A DNA stretch of 18,502 bases, from positions 1 through 18,502 of IMG/VR virus record IMGVR_UViG_3300045988_059421; one strand, 5' to 3'. Origin of the DNA: a virus. Below the pieces are notes generated by a model, which worked only from the letters and a program-made list of their open reading frames with translations, was not told where the DNA came from and made no database searches. This document shows, one piece after another, positions 1-5,781 of this stretch. The position numbers and the translations under genes were made by a program. Every line of letters begins with the position of its first letter. Within the stretch, counting starts at the first letter, position 1.

Positions 1-35
1 AGCAGTGGTAAGAACGAGCGTAAGTCACAACTAAC
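1..35. repeat. Left inverted terminal repeat (35 bp, perfect)
   Basis: Bases 1-35 (AGCAGTGGTAAGAACGAGCGTAAGTCACAACTAAC) are the exact reverse complement of 18468-18502, checked base by base. Identity stops at position 36 (C, where the right end would give T). Confidence 0.95.
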
Positions 36-149
36 CCCACTTTAATACATTAAAGCATGAAAGTATTCTTGTTCATATTTAATTCATAATTTATTAATAT
101 ATCGTTTACAATTTATTCACAGTTTGTTAACACATTTTCCGGCGCTGGG

Positions 150-158
150 TGGTATAAT
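150..158 (+). promoter_or_regulatory. Extended -10 promoter element for the left-arm operon
   Basis: TGgTATAAT (TG at 150-151, TATAAT at 153-158) lies 33 nt upstream of the first ORF. It shares the 10-mer GTGGTATAAT with the promoters at 13230 and 17205. The nearest -35-like hexamer (TTGTTA, 124-129) is 23 nt away, so there is no properly spaced -35. Confidence 0.5.
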
Positions 159-191
159 ATAGACAGAAAAAAGGAAAGAGAGGTAAAGCAA

Positions 192-359
192 ATGAAAACA
201 AGAATCCATGAATACCCGTACAGCGAACGCGAAAACTACATAACGGGTAAAGAGTTGTTAGAAATATCCGGTGCTAAAATTTGGGCAGAAACTGAAAGCG
301 AAACAATATATACAATGGATGACGCAATATATATTATAGAATGGAGGAAAGCAAAATGA
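192..359 (+). CDS. Hypothetical small protein (55 aa)
   Basis: Hand-translated because it is below the ORF-track cutoff: MKTRIHEYPYSERENYITGKELLEISGAKIWAETESETIYTMDDAIYIIEWRKAK. GAGAGG lies upstream of the ATG. The stop TGA overlaps the next ATG (ATGA). Confidence 0.5.
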   Translation: MKTRIHEYPYSERENYITGKELLEISGAKIWAETESETIYTMDDAIYIIEWRKAK

Positions 360-517
360 GGGATAACATGAACATTTTTATAAATGCTTATATAGCATTG
401 TACGGGGGCACAAAAGGCAATGCGTGCAAAATATGGCGCGCCACTGATAAAGAATATCATGATTTAATTATTGATTCATTCAAGCAAAACGCGCATGCAG
501 CATTTTACAATGATTAA
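356..517 (+). CDS. Hypothetical small protein (53 aa)
   Basis: Hand-translated: MRDNMNIFINAYIALYGGTKGNACKIWRATDKEYHDLIIDSFKQNAHAAFYND. Strong RBS context GGAGGAAAGCAAAATG. ATGA coupling to the upstream ORF. Confidence 0.5.
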   Translation: MRDNMNIFINAYIALYGGTKGNACKIWRATDKEYHDLIIDSFKQNAHAAFYND

Positions 518-599
518 ACGGCGTTGTGTATGGAACAAATTTTGAAAACATCCTAAAAGCGTATGAAAATAATTAATTGACTAACAGGAGGAAAGCAAA

Positions 600-842
600 A
601 TGAAAAAGCGTGAATATTGCGAGAGCCACGAAACCATAGCATATTATAGCGGACTGAACGGACTGGAAATAAGGGGCATTGAACACGGCATGGAAGATTA
701 TGTATACTGTGTTTCGGGCGCTTGGGGCGGCAGCAAAGGTTTTCACCGTTGTAAAGTTTACTATTCCGTAAACGAAAGCCCATTCTTTAAGGTGCACGGC
801 TATAAAGTGCCACTTGATGAGTGCATTAGAACGGGGGTATAA
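600..842 (+). CDS. Hypothetical protein (80 aa)
   Basis: ORF-track ORF preceded by AGGAGGAAAGCAAAATG, the same initiation cassette as at 341-358. No recognisable motif. Confidence 0.7.
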   Translation: MKKREYCESHETIAYYSGLNGLEIRGIEHGMEDYVYCVSGAWGGSKGFHRCKVYYSVNESPFFKVHGYKVPLDECIRTGV

Positions 843-844
843 AT

Positions 845-1024
845 ATGATTGCAGTAACATACATAGAGCGCAGATTTATAGATCGTTTTACATGTATAGA
901 CACGGAACAAACTATAAAAGCATTATCATCATTTATTCAAGGCGATTTGACCTATTTTAGAATGAACCGTTTTAATTATAAAGTGATTGAAACTGATCTT
1001 ATAAAGTCAATAAAGGAAGTATAA
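845..1024 (+). CDS. Hypothetical small protein (59 aa)
   Basis: Hand-translated: MIAVTYIERRFIDRFTCIDTEQTIKALSSFIQGDLTYFRMNRFNYKVIETDLIKSIKEV. It starts 2 nt after the previous stop, has a weak GGGGT RBS and fills an otherwise empty gap. Confidence 0.45.
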   Translation: MIAVTYIERRFIDRFTCIDTEQTIKALSSFIQGDLTYFRMNRFNYKVIETDLIKSIKEV

Positions 1025-1091
1025 ACAGTCGAAACGGGCACAGACGCCCGTCTGCAACGGTCGGCGGCGTTGCACTGATGATGACACGCCA

Positions 1092-1115
1092 GAAAGGAAA
1101 ATGCAAAATGAAAAC
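1092..1115 (+). repeat. 24-nt initiation cassette, copy 1
   Basis: GAAAGGAAAATGCAAAATGAAAAC is identical to 1559-1582. It spans the RBS and the first three codons (MKT) of an unrelated ORF. Confidence 0.9.
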
Positions 1116-1497
1116 ACAGACAACGAAAAGAGCAATTATGAACGCATATCGCAACGTCATTAGAGTCGGCTACTGCGACTTGCAAGACGCTTTAAAATGG
1201 CGTGAACCAAATTTCTACACTGCGGGTGTGTACGGCTGGAATTCCGACGTTTACGTTATTGATGCCGATACCGTAATCGTAACCGGCTACAGACCGTTCG
1301 GAAACATGCAACTTCCGTGGGAAGTCATTGACGCGCTTAACGAATGCGCGGAAAGCATAACGCGTCATTTTGACTACGACATGGCGAAAATCTCTTTACG
1401 CAACAACCTTGACGAGTTAGCCAGCGGAATAGAATATGATTTAGATAGTTACGTTTTCGCAAGCGCGGACGAAAAGTTTGAAATCAAAAGAAAGTGA
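1108..1497 (+). CDS. Hypothetical protein (129 aa)
   Basis: The ORF-track ORF runs 1078-1497. The start was moved to the ATG at 1108 (MKTQTTKRAIMNAY...), which is preceded by GAAAGGAAAATGCAAAATG. The same 24-mer precedes the ORF at 1575. Contains GYCDLQ...GVYGWNSDVY...TGYRPFG, which I recall loosely from hypothetical proteins of Firmicutes mobile elements. Confidence 0.7.
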   Translation: MKTQTTKRAIMNAYRNVIRVGYCDLQDALKWREPNFYTAGVYGWNSDVYVIDADTVIVTGYRPFGNMQLPWEVIDALNECAESITRHFDYDMAKISLRNNLDELASGIEYDLDSYVFASADEKFEIKRK

Positions 1498-1558
1498 AAA
1501 TGTTCACAAATCGTTCATACGGTCTTCACAAACATAAAGTATACTATAATCATAAAAG

Positions 1559-1582
1559 GAAAGGAAAATGCAAAATGAAAAC
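1559..1582 (+). repeat. 24-nt initiation cassette, copy 2
   Basis: Identical to 1092-1115. Confidence 0.9.
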
Positions 1583-1751
1583 CATCAAAGACTACAACGG
1601 AAACAAGATTGACTTTGAAGCAGCTGTAATGCTTATGGATGATGAAATCAGAGAGCAGCTTCACGCCATGGGAATTGAAGACGAGCAGGAGTTTTACAAC
1701 GCGTATTGCGAAAAGCATTACGAGAAGTATAACGAAGAATTTGAAATCTAA
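1575..1751 (+). CDS. Small acidic hypothetical protein (58 aa)
   Basis: The ORF-track ORF runs 1494-1751. The likely true start is the ATG at 1575 (MKTIKDYNGNKIDFEAAVMLMDDEIREQLH...), behind the shared 24-mer RBS cassette. Very rich in D and E. Confidence 0.65.
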   Translation: MKTIKDYNGNKIDFEAAVMLMDDEIREQLHAMGIEDEQEFYNAYCEKHYEKYNEEFEI

Positions 1752-1844
1752 GCCGAAACGGGCGTAGGCTGTCTACGCGTCATAACTAGACGAGGGAGAC
1801 GAAAATTTTATTATGCAAGTGCTTTATAAAAGGAGTTATCTTGA

Positions 1845-2081
1845 ATGAAAATTATAAAGGAAAAGGCTACAGGTTGTTACAGTGTGTGGAACAGTGAAAA
1901 TCTTTATGCGATAATAGGCAAGCCAGAAGATCTTGCTAAAAGAAAGCTTATTAGCCCAGAAACGGCGATAATCAATGTCGGAAAATGGATAGCTGTTCTT
2001 GCGGAATTAGATAGCGGAATAATCGTGTTTGACAAACTTATGGACGCAAAGAGACATTATTGCAAACTTAAAGAGTGGTAA
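1845..2081 (+). CDS. Hypothetical protein (78 aa)
   Basis: ORF-track ORF with AAGGAG 9 nt upstream of the ATG. Confidence 0.7.
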   Translation: MKIIKEKATGCYSVWNSENLYAIIGKPEDLAKRKLISPETAIINVGKWIAVLAELDSGIIVFDKLMDAKRHYCKLKEW

Positions 2082-2086
2082 AAACC

Positions 2087-2287
2087 ATGAATCCAAACTG
2101 GGCAGACCTATTCAAAGCAAACCTTGTAAAACCCGCATGGGCGGATAACACCAAGGAAACCGAAATACCATTTGTAGTACACGCAATAGACAGTTGTATA
2201 GGCACAAACTGGAGAAAGGACGAAAACAACAATGAACAGTTATTTAGTAACAGTAACCGTAACAGACCCGGACAAAGGCAAGTATAG
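2087..2287 (+). CDS. Hypothetical protein (66 aa)
   Basis: The ORF-track ORF runs 2075-2287. The start at M5 (MNPNWADLFK...) avoids overlap with the previous gene. Its last 56 nt overlap the next ORF. Confidence 0.4.
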   Translation: MNPNWADLFKANLVKPAWADNTKETEIPFVVHAIDSCIGTNWRKDENNNEQLFSNSNRNRPGQRQV

Positions 2288-2417
2288 CATTGAAATACCC
2301 GTACAGGCAAAGACAGCGGCACACGCAAAACGCATAGCGCACAAAGCCGCAAGACAGATGGGCGCTTGCTATATCACAGATTTAACAGCAGAAAGGCGGT
2401 ACGAAAATGAAAATTGA
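2232..2417 (+). CDS. Hypothetical protein (61 aa)
   Basis: ORF-track ORF MNSYLVTVTVTDPDKGKYSIEIPVQAKTAAHAKRIAHKAARQ..., with GGAGAAAGGA upstream. Confidence 0.55.
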   Translation: MNSYLVTVTVTDPDKGKYSIEIPVQAKTAAHAKRIAHKAARQMGACYITDLTAERRYENEN

Positions 2418-2622
2418 GCGAAACCGAGATGTAGAACGCGACATTGCGTATTTGTTAAAGACGTTAGACACCGTGTACGAGACATGTTGTGAGAAATACG
2501 GTGGAAACTGCTATGAATGCCCGTTAGGCTGTTTAGGTGTGCTTGAAACGCAAACATGCTATGAAATTTCCAAACTGAAAAGCCGTTTGGAGTTAGTTTA
2601 TAAGGTGGTGGAAACAATATGA
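2407..2622 (+). CDS. Small Cys-rich protein, paralog 1 (71 aa)
   Basis: Contains VYETCCEKYGGNCYECPLGC...C. The C-x6-C-x2-CPL[GA] pattern is shared with the ORF at 3665. The YET motif is shared with the frame after the TGA at 2948. Confidence 0.65.
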   Translation: MKIERNRDVERDIAYLLKTLDTVYETCCEKYGGNCYECPLGCLGVLETQTCYEISKLKSRLELVYKVVETI

Positions 2623-2753
2623 TTATCGTTTTGTGTTTGAGCATTATAGCAGGAACGCTACTTTGCGGCCTTGCGCAGCTGCTCGAATGGATTGACCGTA
2701 CATACAACGATCACAAGTTGCTTAAAACATTAGGAAGGTGGATGAACTTATGA
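2619..2753 (+). CDS. Small single-pass membrane protein (44 aa)
   Basis: Hand-translated: MIIVLCLSIIAGTLLCGLAQLLEWIDRTYNDHKLLKTLGRWMNL. It has a hydrophobic N-terminal stretch of about 20 aa. ATGA overlaps occur at both ends. GGTGG lies upstream. Confidence 0.45.
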   Translation: MIIVLCLSIIAGTLLCGLAQLLEWIDRTYNDHKLLKTLGRWMNL

Positions 2754-2950
2754 GCCAAAACAAGCAAAAGGAACACGCTAATCATTATTTCGACCCGCGT
2801 GTTTTGGAGAATTATTGTCGGAATGACGTATTGCTTACGTTTGAGCTTGCAGGTCGTCAAGCGGGTAAACTCATAGCTAACGGAGAATTAGAGATGAAAC
2901 AAAATGAACTACAAGCAATGCTGCATGACGCAAACCAACTAATAAAGTGA
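2750..2950 (+). CDS. Hypothetical protein (66 aa) ending at an in-frame TGA; N-terminal part of Cys-rich paralog 2
   Basis: The ORF-track ORF runs 2738-2950. The ATG at 2750 is coupled (ATGA) to the previous stop and follows AGGAAGGTGG. The ATG at 2738 is an alternative start. The frame stays open for 50 more codons after the TGA. Confidence 0.6.
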   Translation: MSQNKQKEHANHYFDPRVLENYCRNDVLLTFELAGRQAGKLIANGELEMKQNELQAMLHDANQLIK

Positions 2951-3103
2951 ATATATGAAACGCAGGAATGTCAGAAGTCTGGGTGTGATGCACGGTGTCG
3001 TTATAACGCTATTTGTGAAGCGGCACATATGACATACAAACTAATAAAGCGTCAAGTTGACCTGTACAACATAAAAAGGAGCGTTAAATATGATAACAAT
3101 TAG
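2951..3103 (+). other. Open in-frame extension after TGA 2948-2950, encoding the Cys-rich module of paralog 2
   Basis: Hand-translated in the frame of the upstream ORF: IYETQECQKSGCDARCRYNAICEAAHMTYKLIKRQVDLYNIKRSVKYDNN*. No ATG, GTG or TTG lies upstream of the Cys motif. It aligns with IFDSPECKQHTDCTTDCKAYAIC of the ORF at 3090. Confidence 0.45.
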
Positions 3104-3311
3104 CACCCGATGCTATACCACTGAACAACTGAAATACCTTTTAGAGGGTTTGTCTTACTCGGCAGATAGAATATTTGACAGCCCAGAATGTAAACAACAT
3201 ACAGATTGCACGACGGACTGTAAAGCCTACGCAATATGTCATGACTTAGATAGTACAAGAGAATATATCTGGAAAAAGATAAAGGAGCGTGAAGCACTTG
3301 AATTACATTGA
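3090..3311 (+). CDS. Small Cys-rich protein, paralog 3 (73 aa)
   Basis: AAGGAG lies 8 nt upstream of the ATG. Contains ECKQHTDCTTDCKAYAIC (C-x5-C-x3-C-x5-C). Confidence 0.7.
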   Translation: MITISTRCYTTEQLKYLLEGLSYSADRIFDSPECKQHTDCTTDCKAYAICHDLDSTREYIWKKIKEREALELH

Positions 3312-3681
3312 GATACGCAAGAAAGTAAATGAAACCACCCCGCGCGGTGCATACAGAAGCGCCGTAAAGCTATACGCAATAGACATTTTAAACCGATTAG
3401 GCGACGCAGAAGCGCCGGACACGTTATCCGAGCTACATACCGAACTGCTCGACGGTTGTCTAAACTGGGTTGAATATAGCTATTGCGGCAAGGCGCTTGC
3501 AGACAGTTACAGCATAGCAGGACGCACTTGCAGCCCTACTACCTTAAAGCGTTTGCACGCCGGTGCAAAGCAGCCCGTAGGCTTTGGCACGTGGCTTGAT
3601 TATCAAGCAAGCGCGTTAAAACAAGCCGAAAAGCTTATCATACAAAAATATTGCGAGGTTAAAAATGAACATAGAGGATGA
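3289..3681 (+). CDS. Hypothetical protein (about 127-130 aa)
   Basis: The ORF track starts it at GTG 3289, which lies only 1 nt after AGGAG (3283-3287). TTG 3298 has better spacing. The motifs AYRSAVKLYAIDILN...LLDGCLNWVEYSYCG recall, from memory only, hypothetical proteins of Firmicutes conjugative elements. Confidence 0.7.
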   Translation: MKHLNYIEIRKKVNETTPRGAYRSAVKLYAIDILNRLGDAEAPDTLSELHTELLDGCLNWVEYSYCGKALADSYSIAGRTCSPTTLKRLHAGAKQPVGFGTWLDYQASALKQAEKLIIQKYCEVKNEHRG

Positions 3682-3880
3682 AGAACACAAAATTACATTT
3701 ACGTTTAAAAACGCAGAAGAACATAAGCGTTTTGTACAAGTTTTAAAACAAACAAGAGACTCTATTTGTGGCAGAAGCATTCTGCTTTGTAATGCTTGCC
3801 CCTTAGCAAAAATACATACAAAATCAGGTTCGGATTTGTGCGATGCTATAGACAAAATGTTTATATATTTGTCTATATAA
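3665..3880 (+). CDS. Small Cys-rich protein, paralog 4 (71 aa)
   Basis: GAGGT lies 5 nt upstream of the ATG. Contains CGRSILLCNACPLA...CDAIDKM, matching the C-x6-C-x2-CPL[GA]...C-x-x-I-x-K pattern of the ORF at 2407. Confidence 0.65.
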   Translation: MNIEDEEHKITFTFKNAEEHKRFVQVLKQTRDSICGRSILLCNACPLAKIHTKSGSDLCDAIDKMFIYLSI

Positions 3881-3888
3881 TAAACAAA

Positions 3889-3917
3889 GGCTCGAATACC
3901 ATTACGGTACTCGAGCC
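3889..3917. terminator. Bidirectional stem-loop terminator between the convergent left arm and late operon
   Basis: GGCTCGAATACC (3889-3900) pairs with GGTACTCGAGCC (3906-3917), giving a 12-bp stem with one mismatch and a 5-nt loop. T-rich flanks occur on both strands. It sits between the stop codons at 3880 (+) and 3936 (-). Confidence 0.6.
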
Positions 3918-3935
3918 ATTGCTATTTCAGATTAT

Positions 3936-5075
3936 TTACAACGTCCACTCACCAGAGTTTGTAGCCCATGCAGGCGGGTTAACCTGCTGCGTAGCAATAG
4001 CGGAGAACAACATGGAGTTATCAGACACGAAACCTACTGAACCGTTGTTTTTGAAAAACAGCTGTGCATTGAGAACAGCATCACCTGTTCCGGGTCCGGG
4101 AATCCAAAGCAAACCCGAAATGAGTTTGTCATTGGTAGGCGCGCCGTTATTTGCATCACCGGCAGCGGAAACGTAGGACGTTCGCGGCATTAACTCAAAC
4201 TTAAGGCAGTTTTGAGTAGTAGCTCCAAGCAGGGAAGAAATTTGGCGCTTTGCATCCAGCGACATAGTAAACCGTTCGCGCCAGTTACCCGACACGGAAA
4301 CGGAATTATCCTGTCCAAACACACGACACACGCCATAACAGATAATAGCGCTGTCACCCGCAGAGGGGAACGAAAGCATGTCCAGAATAACCTTTTTGTA
4401 ATACTTCGTTCCTGTCATGGTGAACGACTTATAGTTAAATTCCGGGTACTTCTTAATCATGTTCTCGAGCGCGGCTACACGTTTAGTCAAAGAACTGATA
4501 TTGGAGTTTATGCTGCTAATCTGTCCGTTAACTTCGTCTTTCCACTGGTTATACTGGTTTGTAAAATCAGTTTTCCACGTGTTGAACTCATTATTCGTAC
4601 TCGAGGTGTACGTGTTGAACATCTGATCAATGCGCGTGTTAGCATTGTTTACAAAATCGTTAAACTTTTTGTTTAAATTATTTGTAGTGTTTGTAGCGTA
4701 GTCGTTAAACCACTGCTGTAAGGTAGTGTTTGTATTATTTTTATACTCTTCGAACCTGTTCCAAAGCTCCTGCGTAAGGTCGTCGAAGTGCTGTTCCATG
4801 TGCGCTTCAAACCTTGCGATTTCCGCGTTAACCCAGTCTTGCAGGTCTTTATAGGCTTTGTGTAAAGCGTCGATGTTATCCTGCATCTTTTCGAGTTCCT
4901 CAACCATTTTGTTAAGGAACGCCGCAAGCTTGCACAGCACTTCATAATAACTCAAACTCTGGTCATAGACAGCGGGAAGAACTTTCTGACACCAAAAGCG
5001 CAGATAAGGAATGCCGTCATACTTTTTTAAAATCGGGTCAAAGTTAGCGGGTGTGAAATTGTTGTCGTTCGGCAT
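3936..5075 (-). CDS. Tail fibre / receptor-binding protein (379 aa), in the phi29 gp12 appendage position
   Basis: Last gene of the late operon, after the lower collar gene. The N-terminus carries the YDQSLSYYEVLCKL motif typical of Firmicutes phage fibre anchor domains. It is followed by a long Asn-rich coiled-coil-like repeat region and then a distinct C-terminal domain. RBS AAAGGTGG. Confidence 0.65.
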   Translation of the reverse strand: MPNDNNFTPANFDPILKKYDGIPYLRFWCQKVLPAVYDQSLSYYEVLCKLAAFLNKMVEELEKMQDNIDALHKAYKDLQDWVNAEIARFEAHMEQHFDDLTQELWNRFEEYKNNTNTTLQQWFNDYATNTTNNLNKKFNDFVNNANTRIDQMFNTYTSSTNNEFNTWKTDFTNQYNQWKDEVNGQISSINSNISSLTKRVAALENMIKKYPEFNYKSFTMTGTKYYKKVILDMLSFPSAGDSAIICYGVCRVFGQDNSVSVSGNWRERFTMSLDAKRQISSLLGATTQNCLKFELMPRTSYVSAAGDANNGAPTNDKLISGLLWIPGPGTGDAVLNAQLFFKNNGSVGFVSDNSMLFSAIATQQVNPPAWATNSGEWTL

Positions 5076-5091
5076 ACTTTACCACCTTTCT

Positions 5092-5781
5092 TTATTCCCA
5101 CAAACCGAAAAACAAATCTTCCAGTTCGTGTAATACCATGTTGTCAACACTTTCATAATTTTTATACATCTTCGTCATTTCGGAGTAATACGCGTCTCCG
5201 CTGCTACGACCTGTATAAGTATACTCCGTGTTGCGTTTACCGTCCTGTGTGCTCTGTGCTGTGCCGTCGGTTGAAGCTTCGCTTGTTGTCTTTGTCGCGT
5301 TTGTCAGATACTTATCAGTGTCTAACCCCTCAATACCACCTTGCGGCGTTTCATTGAACTTATTCCAGCCTGTACTCTGACTTTCGCCGTGTGACGTGCC
5401 GTTGTCGGAAGTGTGCGTAGTATCTTCGCCCACTGTGGTATGTTTGATATTATCAAATGGGTTAGCAAGTTCCTCTTGCTTATACAGCAGGTTGTACTTC
5501 GGCATAATCGCGACAAGCCGTTCACGCAAGTGGAGTTTCCATAGCGCATAAGTTTCATACGCTATTTCACGCGTGTAATAGTGGAGCAGGATAAGTTTGC
5601 AAAGGTGTTCACGATAACTTTCTTTCCAGATAGGAAATTCAAAATCGAAAATGTGTTCGTACCCTGCTTGCAAAGCTTTCTCTACGTCACCATAGCCGCT
5701 GTGTTCGTACTCTCCTTGCCAGTTCAATTCAGGAACAAAACTTTCGCAAATCCAACGGACTTCTGTTGTATATTTACTCAT
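5092..5781 (-). CDS. Lower collar protein (phi29 gp11-like, 229 aa)
   Basis: Immediately downstream of the portal gene, with an 8-nt overlap. The stretch FDFEFPIWKESYREHLCKLILLHYYTREIAYET...IMPKYNLLY resembles the conserved core of lower collar proteins as I recall it. Confidence 0.65.
   Translation of the reverse strand: MSKYTTEVRWICESFVPELNWQGEYEHSGYGDVEKALQAGYEHIFDFEFPIWKESYREHLCKLILLHYYTREIAYETYALWKLHLRERLVAIMPKYNLLYKQEELANPFDNIKHTTVGEDTTHTSDNGTSHGESQSTGWNKFNETPQGGIEGLDTDKYLTNATKTTSEASTDGTAQSTQDGKRNTEYTYTGRSSGDAYYSEMTKMYKNYESVDNMVLHELEDLFFGLWE

Noticed and set aside
1-35. The 35-bp terminal inverted repeat could be a library adapter or PCR primer left on both contig ends. Its first 10 bases resemble the start of the SMART oligo (AAGCAGTGGTA...).
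   Set aside because: Similarity to that oligo ends after about 10 bases. A terminal-protein and PolB phage is expected to have ITRs of this size. The inner ITR bases (GTTAGTTGTGAC) also resemble the native subterminal repeat core. I cannot exclude it fully without the reads, so it is listed as a refutation test.
40-55. A small AT hairpin, CTTTAAT-AC-ATTAAAG, just inside the left ITR, considered as an origin structure.
   Set aside because: The stem is 6-7 bp and entirely A/T, in a very AT-rich region. It is too weak to distinguish from chance.
576-587. Half-site matches to the right-end palindrome (TGACTAACAG at 578-587, GTTAGTCAC at 17589-17597) as additional operator sites.
   Set aside because: An 8-10-mer half-site is expected about once by chance in 37 kb of two-strand sequence. 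Neither site has the partner arm.
236-860. The minus-strand ORFs 236-460, 553-783 and 573-860 in the left arm.
   Set aside because: They overlap plus-strand ORFs that have strong RBSs and ATGA coupling. Their products are hydrophobic and low in complexity, with no RBS.
1078-1107. The N-terminal extensions of ORFs 1078-1497 and 1494-1751, which both contain KGKCKMKT in the ORF track.
   Set aside because: The shared peptide comes from translating the repeated 24-nt RBS cassette. The ATGs at 1108 and 1575 sit at the correct distance from AAAGGA and are the likely real starts.
2948-2950. The in-frame TGA as selenocysteine, or as evidence of genome-wide TGA reassignment.
   Set aside because: I could find no SECIS-like hairpin immediately downstream. 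The paralogs have Arg or Thr, not Cys, at the aligned position. Other genes here, such as 192-359 and 2619-2753, clearly terminate at TGA, and all large genes are intact under the standard code.
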